Both the position numbers and the translations under genes were made by a program. This document shows, one piece after another, positions 48,356 to 62,108 of a stretch of 64,000 nucleotides of DNA. The notes beneath the pieces were generated by a model, which saw only the letters and a list, made by a program, of their open reading frames with translations, had not been told where the DNA came from and made no database searches. Every line of letters begins with the position of its first letter. Positions within the stretch are counted from its first letter, which is position 1. Source of the DNA: Microthyrium microscopicum (lineage: Eukaryota); NCBI GenBank assembly GCA_010405405.1, contig MU004230.1, positions 902,627-966,626 of the forward strand, written 5' to 3'.

Positions 48356-51300
48356 TCATTCGAATGTCATGGTCATTTCCTTTTCCTTGCCGAATTCATC
48401 ATCAAACTCATCGGCCCATGCATTGTGTTCCAGGTTCATGTTGACTGGAAGGGCGGAGCCAGCCGATATGGATGATGAGAAGGGAGATGACGAGGTGTTG
48501 ATACCAGGCGCTGTGTAGGATCTCTCTAAAGTGGAAGAGGGGTTTGCAGAACCTACTGCAGCTGCAGTTCCTGCACCAGCTGCAGCGGCAGGAGCTATAG
48601 CAGTCTTTGGTTTTGTAAATTGGGAAGTTTGTGGGGTCGAAGGTGATATGGAGCGAAGTGGTGGTGTAAAAGCAAGCTTGCTTGGAGGTGCAGATTGACT
48701 TCGTTCATCTGCTTTGATCATCCGATCAGGGGTTCCCAAACTTTCGTTGGATTTGATGTCCAGTTTCATGGGCGGTAAAGTGGATTCTGGTAATTCCTTC
48801 ACCACAATCCCTTGAGCAGCAAGTTCTGCAACTTCAGCTCGCAGTGCCTCGATATCAAACAAAACGCCGTTTGCTTTGCCCTCTAACACCTCTTTATCCT
48901 CGGTTCCTTCGCGAACCTTTTCATCATACATTTCCCAGTCTTTCTTTTCCACGGCTTCCTTCTTGCGGAACCAACCAAATCGGCTTGTCTTTGTTGGTTT
49001 GTCTTGAAGCTTTTTGCGAGCTTCTTCAATCTCGTTGATCAATTCGCGTTGCCGGCTTTCGTGATTCTCCGGATCTGGATCTTCAATTTCGGTGAATTCA
49101 TCTGATTCGACTTGCCATCCAACCTCGCGCAATAGTCGGGGCATTGCTTGACGGTAGGACATATGACCGGGCACAAATTCGGTGACATTGTAGTTCTCGA
49201 CACCGGGAGTCTCGACGGGTGCAAGCCCGGCAACACGGCTGATACCGCCACTGGTTGCACGGAAAAGATAGCCTTGCAGATGTTAGAATGTAACGTCAAA
49301 ACAGCAAGATAGAACACACCTAAAATCCAGTCATTTGTAGCATAGCCATTGACGAATCGACCGGATACAACCGACCGTAGTTTGACAAACTCATCCGCCT
49401 TCACTACGACAGGAGAGCCAAACATGTAGACGTTTTGGATGATGCCGAATTGACCTCTCTTGGCAAGTTCTCGTAAACACGCATAGATTACACGAGATCC
49501 AAGCGAGAAGCCCACGAGAGTTATTGGACGACTTCCGAGATTTCGGTCAATTAAGGAATCAGCAAGAATCAATCCAGCCAAGTCGCCTCTTGCCAAAGAC
49601 ACTGTCCAAGGGTTGTCGATGAGATAGGCTAGCTTTGTCAGCACGATTGGCAATTGTAATGCTGCCATAAGAGCCACCAGAATTGTGCTACCCAGTACTT
49701 GTTGTAGGGCCTGGGTGAGAGCCTCTGTCGCAAGAATGTTGATAGTGTCACCCATACTTTGGAGCATTTCTGGTTCCCAAAACACCGAGTATATATCACC
49801 CATGATCGGATCAACAGTACTGAAAGGTAGCCGAACGTCATCTACCTTGCCTGTGAGCCATCCTGCAACAGTGACAATAAGGTTTACACGCTTATTGTTA
49901 TGTAATGGCCTATACTCAAAGGTTTGGACAGCGCCAGTTCGTCGTTCTGATGCCTTGAAGCCAATATTTGATCCAGTTACAATTCCCGTTGTTGTGATTA
50001 TAGCCGCACCGCCTGCGCCGGCGAGGAAGCTGCCAGTACCGGCTACACCAAAGGTGGTAAACCCAGCTGCAAGACCAGCGCCGATAACAGGGGCAAGTAG
50101 TCCAGCGGAAAGACCAATGACGAGGCCACCTCCCACTGTGGCCAACCCCATCATGACGAGACGTTTGTTCCGGTTACGCTTTTTCCGATCCTCCATGTGT
50201 TCCTCTTCATTCCAGTTCTCTTTATTTGCTGCTTCTTGCATTTCAAGGGCATCTGTAACTCTCTTTTCGAATCGACAAATATCTTCGACCGAGACATCTA
50301 GATAGGATCCTATTAGTTCCAATAACCTTCTTGAGCGTGAGTCGTATATGGAATCGGCGATCAAAACAAGAAACAGGTCACAAAGAACAGTCCAGCGTAT
50401 ATCAACGTCAAGACTACGAGCTTCAGAGAACTCGGACGGATCTTGTACTCTTGAGACTTCTTCATCTGCCGGCTCTTGCTGTTCTTCTTCTAATGCCATA
50501 TTATTCTGATTGGGTTTGCTGTCGAGATCCTCATCATCGTCTCCGTATGAGTTCTCAAAGGTATTGGTCCGGGGACTTGAGCTACGACTTTTTTCAGATG
50601 TCGGGTATACAGAAAGCCCCTTGTCGGACAAGCCCTTTTCGGAACTTTTCCGGTCCTCTGACACGGCATCCACCGATAGACTGGACTCGGCAGCAGTCTC
50701 GGTCCTCATAGGATTTTTGACTCGAGCATTTTGCATCAATGAAGGTGTCATATCGGATGGCTGAACTCCGTGAGCAGCAAGTTGCTCGATCATGATCTGT
50801 TCTAAAATCATGTTAATTGAGAGCATAACTTGACTCCGACGATTACTTACCAGCGGATTCAATCTCCATATGGCTGTACAATCTAACCATGATCTTTTGA
50901 CTCCACATTGCCATGGCTTCTCTGGCAAGACTGAGGAACTTCTTCGTTTTGCGGCTTTTCTCAAACCTATCAAACTCCTTCATCATCTCAATCATCGCAA
51001 GACGCACGATACCAACATAAGCGATACGCTGTGTTTCGGTCATGATAGTTTTCGTAGTTTGCATTTGCGCAACCTGTATAATATTAGCTCATCAGTCTTG
51101 CACTAGGCCAGCCTGTATCTAAGTTGACCAAAACAGTTGCATCAAACAAGAGCAACATACCATGTCGCGTCCTTCCTCATCTTCATCCATCAGATTTGTA
51201 CTTGGTTCCTTGAATAAATAAGCTGTATTTTCGTCCATACTGGTGGCAGATTGAGCATCCTCGTCCAATTGTACTCGGGTATAACCCTTTCCAGCGCCAC

Positions 51301-52024
51301 CTAGTTGTCCGTATTGATTGGCCTCATCATCAGACTCTTCATGTTCTTTCGCCACAAGCTTTCCATCATCATTATATATGTTAAATGGCGCGAATGCCGG
51401 CATTGTTTGCCAATCTTCTTCCTTTTCCACTTCATCATCAACTTCTTTCATTGGTGCGAGCTGCTGATGAGACCATTCGGATGCGGTTTGTACGGTATGT
51501 TTTCCAGGTTGTATGGTAATTCCGTTTTCGACGTGAGGTGAAGCATCCTCAGGAATAACACCAGGGCCATCCTTCTCTTCAACGGGGGCCACCTTGTCTG
51601 CGACAGCATTTTGAGTTGGTGGTGTTTGAGACTTGGAGTCTGCCGTCTTGTCTGAGAGTTCTGATTTGGGTAATGCGCCCGTCGATGCCGGTGTCGCTGG
51701 GTTGATAATATTTGGTGATTTGGTCGTCGAAAGTGTATTCAATGCTTCGGCGGATGATGTTGATGTGTTTCTAGTAATTGGAGCATCAACTTTCCCTTTT
51801 GATTCTACAGGCGTCTCTGGCGCATCTTCAAAATTCCCCTCAGACGAACCATCATCATCTTCTTCCACTACCTTTTTAGGTATAGCTTTCTTGATCGGCA
51901 ATCCCCATTCGTCTATTTCCTGAAGGTTACTGGTGCTTTTGGGAGTGTCTTCAGCAATAACACCAGCCTTGGTGCCATTATCGTCAGATTTGTTGCTGTT
52001 AGCGGGTGGATCATCTGCGGGCAT
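48356..52024 (-). CDS. DUF726 protein, paralog B, Mil1/YFL034W-like putative lipase
   Basis: WQTMP motif, DIRWTVLCDLFL..DSIYDSRSR, GLATVGGGLVIGLSAGLLAP, GFSLG lipase motif, GHMSYR; three introns. Confidence 0.92.
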
Positions 52025-52672
52025 GACGAAAAGAGTCGGACCGGGTAGCGCAGGAAAACATATGAGAGGATGTGGGGATGCGGAGGAGGGTCGGAATGGA
52101 GATGATGGTTTTGTGATTAGAGAACAATGGTTGTAGAAGGAGTAGAGGAGTTGCTCAGGAGTAGCTCATGGTCTAGTGATCAATAGATTCTTGGCCGAGA
52201 GGGGTTTGCGAGTAAGATTGGAGTCTGTAGTGTCTTTGAAGATCATGGTAATAATAATCACTAGACACTAGGCTAGCGCATTCAACCATCTGCAGTATTT
52301 AATACCAAAAACGTCTGTGCAAGGTAGGGCCGGTTCCTGAATCTCCGTATCGGCTAGACTTTCAACCGACATCTCGGAACTTCGGCTGTTAATGCTCAAG
52401 CATTTTGACAAGGGTATCCCTGCTGATCTCAACATCGTGCCTGCTGGCCACTTTTTGACACAGCTTCAACACTGGCTGAAAGCTGCCATTCACTTGCACT
52501 GAAACTTCATATTTACTAGCCTTGTACAGAGATGTTTGTTTCTCTCTTACTCCTGTCTGTTTCTAGTTCTCTCAACATATGAAAGCGACCCTTTGCCTTC
52601 ATATAACCTATGTCCTGCGGTATCACTCCTTCATCCTATCCGAACACATACACGTCCATGAACGTATAAATC

Positions 52673-55600
52673 ATGTTGCGCATGTTGGAGGCGCAAGCGC
52701 CGAAACAGCAGACAGCAACCGACACCATATCCACTCTAAGTAGTCGCCTCAATAATGCCACCCTCCTTGAGGATCGTCGCGCCGCCATACTTGGTCTTCG
52801 CAGTTTCGCAAAGGAGTATCCTGCCTCCGTTGCCTCTGGATCCCTTCGAGGATTGATTGCATGCCTCACCAAAGACCTTGAAGATGTGGATACAATTAAA
52901 GTGGTTCTAGAGACTCTATTGATGCTCTTCAACCCAAATGCCGACAGTCCAGAAGCGAGCGAAGAGATTGCGCTTTGGCTGGCAGACGAGTTCACTCAAG
53001 TTCGTAGTAGTCTTGCTATCTCTGAGAGCTTTTGCTAACTCGCGCGCAGCGGCAAGATAATGTCAAAACCCTCCTAGATCTCCTCGAAACCTCCGATTTC
53101 TTTTCTCGATTATATGCCCTGAAACTCCTGGCAGCGTGCTTCGGAGCTCGACCAGAGAGAACCCAAGAATGCGTTCTGAATTCTGCTTTGGGAACGTCAC
53201 GGCTCGTCGCGACATTAGAGGACTCGAGGGAGGCGGTACGAAATGGTGGGCATCATGGACCTGTACCCAACAGCGAGTGTCTAATAACATTCACAGAGGC
53301 ACTCGAATTGCTAGGCAATCTAACCCAATCATCCACCGAGCTACAGAAGCTTGTTGCTTTCGCAGGGACTTATGATCATTTGTTTCAACTTTTAGAGCAA
53401 GAGGGAGGACTTCAAGATGGTGGCATAATCGTGCAAGATTGCTTGATCTTACTTGCCAACCTCGTTCGACAGGTCAGTTTAATGAGAAAGTGTAGCGATC
53501 AGAATAGCAACAGCTCTTACGCTCTGTTGTTGCTGTTGTCTTGCTTGGAATGGGATTAAAAGCTAATGAAGTGAGCTAGAATTCTTCTAATCAATCACTG
53601 TTCCGAGAAAGTGGTTGCGTCTCAAAACTATCCAATGTTATAAAATCCGCCTACACGAAACCAGCAAATGGCGAAAATGCGACCGAAGAGTTCCCGAATC
53701 CTCAACGAGATAGGAATGTTTGGGGCTTGCTGGCGGTAATCAGGCTCTTCCTGGTGAGTGGAAGCGTGGGGACCAATATCAATCAGCGGTCCTTTCAACA
53801 AAGTGGTATTTTACAACAGGTTTTGGATCTTGCATTTAGAGATGCAACTGATGCTCCAATAAGATCCGAAGCTCTATACACCTGTGCCGACATGATACGC
53901 GGGAATCCAGATCTACAGGCTGGCTTTGCTCAGTTTGTGGTCCCGGTAATAGGAGATTCAGAGCATGTTCCTCAGCAAAATGGAGCAACAAACGGTGTAC
54001 TCAAAGCACATGTTATTGATGCACTCCTGAATCTGGTAATTGCCGCTAACGACACGCCTTTTAATATTCGCCTCGCAGCATGCGAATGTATCAAGGGTTA
54101 TATAACAAACCATACAGAGATCCGACTACATTTTCTGAGCCATGCCATCAATGGTCACGTTTCCGGGGAAGACGAGACAGCAAACATTCTATCCGAACTT
54201 TTGGGGGAAAAGTCGGGTGCTTCAGGGGACCCATCTCGAACCTGGTTTGCTGCCGTCATTGCGCTTCATCTGATATGGGATGATGCACAGGCCAAGAAAG
54301 CACTCATGGATGTATCCGAGGGAGATGCAAGTCGCGGAGAGGAAGTTGTGACTTGTATCCAAACACTCTCAGGGCACCTCATTGCTGGAATCCAACGAGA
54401 TGATGATGAGCGGACGCTTATAGCGTATCTGATGCTCCTATGTGGACTGCTTTACGAAACACCGGCAGCTGTAGATGATTTCCTTGGAGAAGGCAGTTCG
54501 TTACAAGCGCTGATACAAGCTGTCTCACAACCATCATCTTCTGCCGTCCTTGTCAAAGGTCTTTGCGCTCTTTTGATAGGCATATTGTATGAATACTCGA
54601 CAAAAGACTCGCCGGTGCCTCGACGAAAGCTACAGTCTCTCTTAGTTTCCAGTATGGGCCGAGAGCGGTACTTACAGGCGTTGAACAGTTTTCGATCTCA
54701 CCCTTTTGTCCGCGATTACGAGGTCTTTATACAAGGAAGTGCAGCTCCAGGTACGTTTTGCTTCGAGGCATTGTCATTATGCCGTTCGTCCGTATAATTT
54801 TCGGAAAAAACAACCGCTAAGACTGATCAGGCCCGTCATCGGAACTACCTCCATACGCATATTTCGACTCAATGTTTGTTGAATTCTTGAAGGACAATTT
54901 TAGTCGATTCAGTAGGGCGATTGATCGCGATCCCGGTATTGAAATCCAGGTTGGATCCAAAGAAAACGGAGTCGATCGGGAACTCGTCGATTCACTGCGA
55001 TCCCAGATCGAGGAGGGCAATCAGTCTTTAGAGAAAGTCGAGTCTCAAATCTTAGACTTGGAGCAAAAGCTGGACCAGGCACAAGCAACACACCGTAGAG
55101 ACGTGGAAACCTCACAATCAGAGATACAGCGATTGACACAGATAAACAGTAGCATTCAACGAGAAAGCGAAGAGGCCTTGACTCAGAAAGACGCAGATCA
55201 TTCTGCAGCTCTGAACGAGTTGCAATTGACTTCCTCGCGTCAAATCCAAGATCTTCAATCTCAGCTGAACGCAGCTCGCAAGGCCGCTGCAGAGGAGTCG
55301 GAACGTACAAAACAATACTACGATCGACAGCTATCGCAGGCTCGAAGTGGGAAGACTAATATCGAAGCCAGACTTACCAATGTCCAAAAATCTCTGGATG
55401 ACATGACTAAAACGCATGGCGAATCACAAAAGACCATCGCTGATCTGCAGAGCGAGAACAAGTCATGGAAACGAGCCATTGATTCATTAAAGGCAGCCTC
55501 AGAAAAGAAGGATAAGCAACTTCAAGACCTGCGAGATGATATGAAGAAGCAAGTCAGTGAATTGCAGGCTGCTGTCAAGGCGCACAAGGAAACTGCGGAG

Positions 55601-55924
55601 GATGAAAGAACTAAAGTGTCCATGCTAGAGAAGGAAGTGTCCGAGCTTGAAGCAGCGTCAAAAAAGAGTAAGGAAGATCTCGCCAAGTCTAAGAAGGATT
55701 ATAGTTCGAAGGAGGAGGAACGCAAAGCTGCACAAACAGAACTGGACGATCTCTTCCTCATGTTACAAGATATTGAGGAGAAGAGATCAAAAGACAAAGT
55801 AGGTGGCTGTGCCGTGAGCTTTTATACCATGTACTAACCGACACAGAAACGACTAAAAGCGCTTGGCCAGGAAGTCTCAGATGATGAGGATGACGAGGAC
55901 GAAGAGGATGAAGATGAAGAATAA
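52673..55924 (+). CDS. USO1: Uso1/p115 ER-Golgi vesicle tether
   Basis: TLLEDRRAAILGLRSF armadillo head, long coiled coil, ELDDLFLMLQD..KRLKALGQEVSDDE acidic tail; five introns. Confidence 0.95.
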
Positions 55925-56439
55925 GGGTTGGAATCGACGGAGGTTCTCTTTCCAGTGGATCTAGACTGTCAAGTCAATCTTCGAACTCTTCGTTTCCGGC
56001 TGTGAGACCGGTCATCCATGGCATAGCTAGCGCTGGACGGACACATCGATGTATATGTTCTTTATTTGCTGCCTGTGGTTTCAGATACCGAAGCTTCATT
56101 CCGGTACTGCAATAATTCCGAAGCACTTTGCAGACCCTTTCTGGAGTTGTACCTAGGAAGGGCCGATGATATATCTATACAAAAAGCAGCGTTAGTAAGC
56201 TCTCCTCCTACAGTGGTGAAATGCAGTCAACAAGTGAAAAATTGCTTTCAGAGAGAAGATTATAGTCGCCAAATCTAACCAGCTTCAAGAGCGGCTATTG
56301 TCTGTCTAAGGATGACTAGTTTTCTTTCATCATGAAGGTCAAGTATAACAATAAGGAATGGCTGCGCAACGTACCTTGACCAAATGTTCTAAGCATCTGT
56401 AGAAGCTGATAGAGCAGTTTTCAGGATGGTAATATGAGC

Positions 56440-57024
56440 CTAGTAATCCAATTCGAGAGTCTCGGTTTTGATTTCATCCGCTTCCCGGCATATTCTTCGA
56501 AAAGTTCTTTCTTCTCCATCACCCTTGAAATTCTTTGCCTTGCGCTTGGGAGGTTTGTAAAATTGCTTCTGGCCGGATTTCTCTGGCAAGTCCGCTTCCG
56601 ACGTTACTGCAATCTTAGACTTTCCAGACCGCGCAGGGGCAGATCGAAGTAGGGTCTTTATGGGAGCTGATTTGAGCGCATTCACAGGCTTTTGAACCTT
56701 TTCTGAACCAGATTCTAGTGTAGATGGTGTTCCTTCTTCGCTCAGCTCGTCGTTTTCCATTGCGCGGCGGTGTTTCCGAAGTAATTCTTGAAGCTCGCTA
56801 TGCCGGAATATAGCGACCTGTTCGTCCGTCAAGGTGCGCTTCGTTCCATCTGGATAGTGACCCAGCCCGTCATCTTCATATGATTCGATTGCAGGCTCCG
56901 GTACGACAGCTGTAGGGAAGTGGTTTAGATGAAAGGATTGCAGATCAGCCTATGTTCTGTTAGCCAAGTTCGGTAAAACGTTGAATGAGGATGAACTGAC
57001 AAGTGTAACCGTTGGCGCGGTCAT
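56440..57024 (-). CDS. DUF3807-like fungal hypothetical protein
   Basis: MTAPTVTL|intron 56950-57000|ADLQSFHLNHF...DGLGHYPDGTKRTLTDEQVAIFRHSE...LDY. Confidence 0.85.
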
Positions 57025-57203
57025 TGCGCCAACTCTCAAGTGAGTATGAATAACTGGGCTTGCATGTCAAGCTGTGTTCATGCACGGATACCAGCTCCTG
57101 TGATAAATGGAGTTCAAAATTTCCGGCCAGCCAGTGATTTTTTGAATTGGAGGTAGCTGATCGATGGATCAAGATGCAGTTGAAACTTGAGGATTTGAAA
57201 ATA

Positions 57204-57677
57204 CAGTGCTGCCAGGGTTCTGTTGTCCCCCCCCTAAAAATATGAAATGGCGCTTCAGGGCCTGATTGGAGGGCGAGAAGATCTAAAGAGTGCGTTAGTA
57301 TGTAAATTTGTTAGCGTAGCCCCTTAGATTAATCTTGCCAACTCCATCTACTTCCTATGTTACAATGTTATCTGTTCTGAAGCTAAACCTTTATTAGATA
57401 CTGTTAATTCTACTGTTTTAATGCATCTTAAAGCTAGTAGCGAGTAGTAATTCAGGCTTAGAATTCACTTTCTACGTTGCTGGCACGGCTTCAATAGCGA
57501 GCCAAAATGTAGTATTTAGGAAGGATGGTTTGAAGGGGCTGCTAATGGGCCGCGACCGGGAGGCGCCCTACAAATTTGCACTGTAACGCCCATCCTGTCC
57601 CGCACATCTACCCAATTACGTCGTGTTCCCCAAACTTCTTAAATCGATGGGGGGACAACAGAACCCTGGCAGCACTG
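57204..57677. mobile_element. 474-bp MITE with perfect 29-bp TIRs (CAGTG start) and TA target-site duplication, Tc1/mariner type
   Basis: TA|CAGTGCTGCCAGGGTTCTGTTGTCCCCCC (57204-57232) and GGGGGGACAACAGAACCCTGGCAGCACTG|TA (57649-57677); AT-rich non-coding interior. Confidence 0.92.
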
Positions 57678-57862
57678 TAGCTCGCAGCAGGCAGCAAGGA
57701 TCGAGCTCTAGATCGCGCGGTAAATACGCTAGCACTATATAGGTTAGACTGACGTCAGGCTGTATCCCGTTCCCCTCTGCGCATGCGGCTTTAGTGCACA
57801 ATGCGAGTTCTAAGCAGTCGTGGCAGTGAGTAGCTTTACTTCCGCAACCTTGAAACACGATC

Positions 57863-58476
57863 ATGCATAGTATCGTCTATCTAGCTCTATTCATTTCGGT
57901 ACTCCCTGTCTCCAAAGCTCAGCTCATTGTGCCTGCCATCTTCCCAGCACAATTTCCAATGGATTCCCCAGACAGCACCCTCGCCGACCGCATACCCCGC
58001 GAGAATCGCATACAGATATTTTCTTCCCTTCTTCGCGATGTAGATTCGGCATGGGGCCAATTGTCTGATCCGGCGAAATACTGCGTTGTACTTGCGCCAA
58101 CCAATCCAGCTCTACATGCGTTACCAAGCAAACCGTGGAAAGAGGGGCCAGACGTTGAAGCGTACGGAGAACAGGCATATGAAGGAGAGGCTGGAATCAC
58201 ACGGGCAAATAATAATCTCAAGAGCTTCGTAGAGAGACATGTTGTTCTAGCCAAGGACTGGCGGGAAGGACAGAAGGCTAAGACTATTTCTGGTCTAGAG
58301 GTTTGGTGGGAACAGAAAGATTCAAGCAAAGTGGTGAGTTGAAACTTTGCTGTTCATCGTATGACTATGTTAACTGGTCTATGAAGATCCAACCTGGTGA
58401 TATAAAAGTTGTAGCTACTGCCGACGAGGCTAGTAACGGCGAGGTGTGGATTCTCGACAGCGTGGTAGGGAAGTAA
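57863..58476 (+). CDS. Secreted FAS1/fasciclin-domain protein (YDR262W-like)
   Basis: Signal peptide; VLAPTN.A...L..KPW, FVERHVV; after one intron ASNGEVWILDSV. Confidence 0.85.
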
Positions 58477-58650
58477 AAGTCCTGAAGCATGTACAGCAGG
58501 GAATAATGTTATGAATATACGAAGGTTTATCATTTTAGGGTGGTGATGAATCTAGGCATCTGATACCTTGGGCTATTTAAGGCGGTCTTCCATGCAGTAG
58601 AGGATCCTTCCTCGTCCAACCACATGCTCTTATGAAGCTTGCGATAGATA

Positions 58651-59321
58651 TCAATTGCGCAGGTCTTCAACATAATCGTACACCAAGCGAGCTCGGACGA
58701 CCTTATCTCCCTTTTTGACCACAACTCGACGGACGTTTTTGCGAACACCGTCAACAAGCGCGAATCCCCACACTTGACGAGCAGTCCAGCCGTTGCCCTG
58801 GCTCTCAACCGTACCGTCGATGAATGTCTCAGTGGCATCAATCCAGCCATCCTTGACAAACGTATTGTCTTCATCGTCCCCGAGGTCAGAAAGCTTGCGC
58901 CATTGCGTATAGCCTGGTTTCATGATTAGTAACAACCACCAATGATGTGTTCTCAACATACCCTTGACATGGCCGAATACGTGGTCTTCGTGATCTGTCC
59001 AGAGCTTTTCGTCGCCTTGAGGGATTGAGCGCTTCTCTTCTGTGCCTTTGATTCCAGCGGCGCCTGGCTGTACGATATCGATGTGTTCGATGCCCTCCTC
59101 ATCTGTGTATTGTTTGACGATCAGAGTGACAGTCATCATGCCAATGGCTTTGCGAATAATCCAGCCAATGCCTTGCTATGCCTTGTATGAGTTTCGAAGA
59201 GTAAGGGGCGCAGCTATGCACTTACAAGCTGCAGAATAGGATCGACGGGGTCGCTTTGGGTCTTGTTCATGGTCCATTTGCCGTTGAGGTCTTTGATGGT
59301 GCGCTTCTCTGGAGCAGCCAT
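58651..59321 (-). CDS. Fungal lipocalin/FABP-like beta-barrel protein (often annotated 'LCCL domain-containing')
   Basis: MAAPEKRTIKDLNGKWTMNKTQSD...QGIGWIIRKAI, DHVFG, WTARQVWGF, ARLVYDY; two introns. Confidence 0.8.
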
Positions 59322-60348
59322 GATGTCAGTCTGGTTTGTATGTTTACTGAAGGATGACTGTTCTGTATGGATATGAGATTGAGAAGTTCGTAAATGTTGG
59401 AGGTTGTGGTGAATTGATTGCTAGGCAACTGAGCAAGGCGACTGAAGATGATTTGACTGCCACTGTGAGCAGGTACCAACGGCAATGACGTGGAATAGTA
59501 TTGGGAAAGAACAGACAGTAGGAGCGGGCACGTCACATTTAAATTAAAGACCGACTTGACATTGAATAGCGACTACTGGACTCTGGAGCATGTGCCTGCG
59601 TGTCCCATATGAAAGCTGGGGCAAGATGACTGCGGGGGGTAGGGTAACGACCGAGGTGTCAAAAGTAAGAGCTTGCGGCCTTGTGAGCTTGTGAGCTGTA
59701 AGAGTAGCTCTCGTGCTTGCTTCGTCACTACCTAGTCACCACAGGCTTGAGGCTTCAGATACTACAGTAGTATCTGTAGTATCTCGATCTGGTCGGTACG
59801 GCCGAACTGTTACTGCTGGTGGGGACTTACTTCCTTGATCATCTAGCCATATCAAGGTATGGTGAGAATTTGAAAAGTCTCAACGATTGCATTCTGCTAG
59901 GCAGTAAAGGCAGTTCATTCGAATATTTAAACCAAGCACTTTTTGAAGCTGTTCTATTCAGGCCTGGCTTGAGGGAGCATCGAACACCAACCCTGATCCA
60001 CAATTCAGATCTGATGTATTGGAACCCATGAGCGATAGTGGTGGGCTCAACGAGTCAACGTTGAACGAGTTTCGGCTTTGTGTGAATCACTGAAGTTAGA
60101 GACCTGTGTAGGCGGGTCGTTCGTGGATCTTATGCTTCCATCAGTAAAAGGCTGCTCCAGATATCGTTCCCGCATGACAGTCTAATAGGACTACAAAGGG
60201 CACTCTGCATAGAGCCACAGTCGAGATCAGTAGTGAGAAACATTGAAGGAGGAATGGCGATTGAAAAGGAGTAACCAGCAGCCAGTTACATTACGATGTT
60301 GCAGATAAGATAAGATGAATTCTTGAGGAGGGGCAATAGAGCAATTAA

Positions 60349-60455
60349 GTCGCGTCTCCTGTACGCGTAAGTTCGCGTCCAACTGCAGTGCTGCACTGTC
60401 CGATCTCAAAGTTCAAGAAATCACCAACTGCACGAAAAGTTCAGAGCGCGCGTCG
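60349..60455. promoter_or_regulatory. Cluster of MCB/SCB-like G1/S elements upstream of RFC2
   Basis: ACGCGT at 60363-68, further CGCGT cores at ~60351, ~60374 and ~60449, and CACGAAA at 60431-37, all within 140 bp of the ATG. Confidence 0.6.
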
Positions 60456-60484
60456 ACTCTATATACGGGCTATCCAGGTCCGAG

Positions 60485-61707
60485 ATGTCAAATTTCTTCA
60501 ACCTCAAGGCGCGTCAGGCCGCCGCTGTGGCGGCAGGCTCCTCAAAAGACGCATCCCCTAAGGAAAATGCAATGCAACCATGGGTAGAAAAATAGTACGT
60601 ACTGCAAATGTTCGGGAATCTGCGTATTCTGATACATCTAGTCGACCCAAAACTCTATCCGATGTAGCCGCTCAAGATCACACCACCACAGTCCTTCAAC
60701 GAATGCTTCAATCCTCTAACCTTCCTCACTGCCTTATGTATGGTCCTCCAGGTACAGGCAAGACATCGACGCTGCTCGCCCTAGCGCGGCAACTATACGG
60801 CCCCGAGCTTATGCGATCTCGTGTTCTTGAACTCAATGCATCCGATGAGCGAGGTATCAACATTGTCAGAGAAAAGATCAAAGACTTTGCACGTCAACAA
60901 CTTTCAAATCCCCCAGCTGGTCCAGCAGGCATCGAATATCGCAAGAAGTACCCCGTTCCACCTTTCAAAATGATCATTCTCGACGAGGCCGACAGCATGA
61001 CACAAGATGCCCAAAGTGCGTTGCGGCGAACAATGGAAACATATTCGAAAATCACTAGATTTTGCCTAGTATGCAACTATGTTACCCGGATCATCGATCC
61101 ACTGGCAAGCAGATGTAGCAAATTTCGATTCAAGAGCTTGGACAAAAACAATGCTGCAAACAGATTGGAAGACATTGCAAAGCTTGAGAGTGTACCTCTG
61201 GAGGCAGGAGCGATCGATGCCTTGGTTCGCTGCAGCGAAGGTGACTTGCGAAAAGCAATAACATACCTGCAGAGCGCTGCTCGACTCGTGGGCGCTTTGG
61301 GATCGAAGAAAGACAAAGATGGAGACGAAGAGATGGAAATTGATGATGACCAGTCTGGTAGTGTGACGGTCAAGATCGTGGAGGAGATTGCAGGTGTTGT
61401 ACCCACTCAAGTCATTGACGAACTTCATGGCGCTATGCAAGCAGGAAAGGGCAAGAAAGCAGGGTCGTCATATGACAGTATTGCTAAAGCTGTGGAGAAT
61501 CTGGTTGCTGATGGCTGGAGCGGAACTCAAGTGATGACGCAGCTCTACGAACGACTTTTGTATGATGAAACTGTGCTTGACCCGCAAAAAGCTAAGATGG
61601 TCATGGTGTTTTCGGAAGTTGACAAGCGTCTTGTTGACGGAGTCGATGAGCAGCTTGCAATTCTTGACTTGTCGCTACGCGTTTCGACAATTATGGCTGC
61701 AGCATGA
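60485..61707 (+). CDS. RFC2: Replication factor C small subunit 2 (human RFC4 ortholog)
   Basis: QPWVEKY|RPKTL after one intron; [45 protein letters not shown]. Confidence 0.95.
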
Positions 61708-62108
61708 GTTTATGTCTCTAATCATGTATGAACATGTCAGGCATAGCATTGTAAATGTCAATGGATCGGCTAGTGTTCTATTGACTTAAGAGACAAACAT
61801 GCCTCCTCTGAGGACAACACTGTGCTATTTAGTCTAGGACGTCACAAAGTGCTAATTGTTATTTTCAGCTCCTGTATAATATCCGCTACAGAATACTAGC
61901 ATTTAATGGGAGAGGTTGATGTTGTCAACAAGGCTGGAGTTAGGCTGAACGTGCAGGGATGAGCTGACTTGCAGCTTTGACGCCATCAACATTTCCTTCC
62001 AACTTCCTGCACTCCCGACCAGCACAGCAAGCGATCTTCAGCCTAAAACCCAATCTTCTAAAACTTTACAGTCGCATTTAAATTTCCATTTCGACGCATC
62101 GCCCTATA

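Noticed and set aside
49685..50305. Long antisense ORFs (this 206-aa one and similar ones opposite other genes)
   Set aside because: Shadow frames of conserved genes, mostly with non-ATG starts and no independent motifs.
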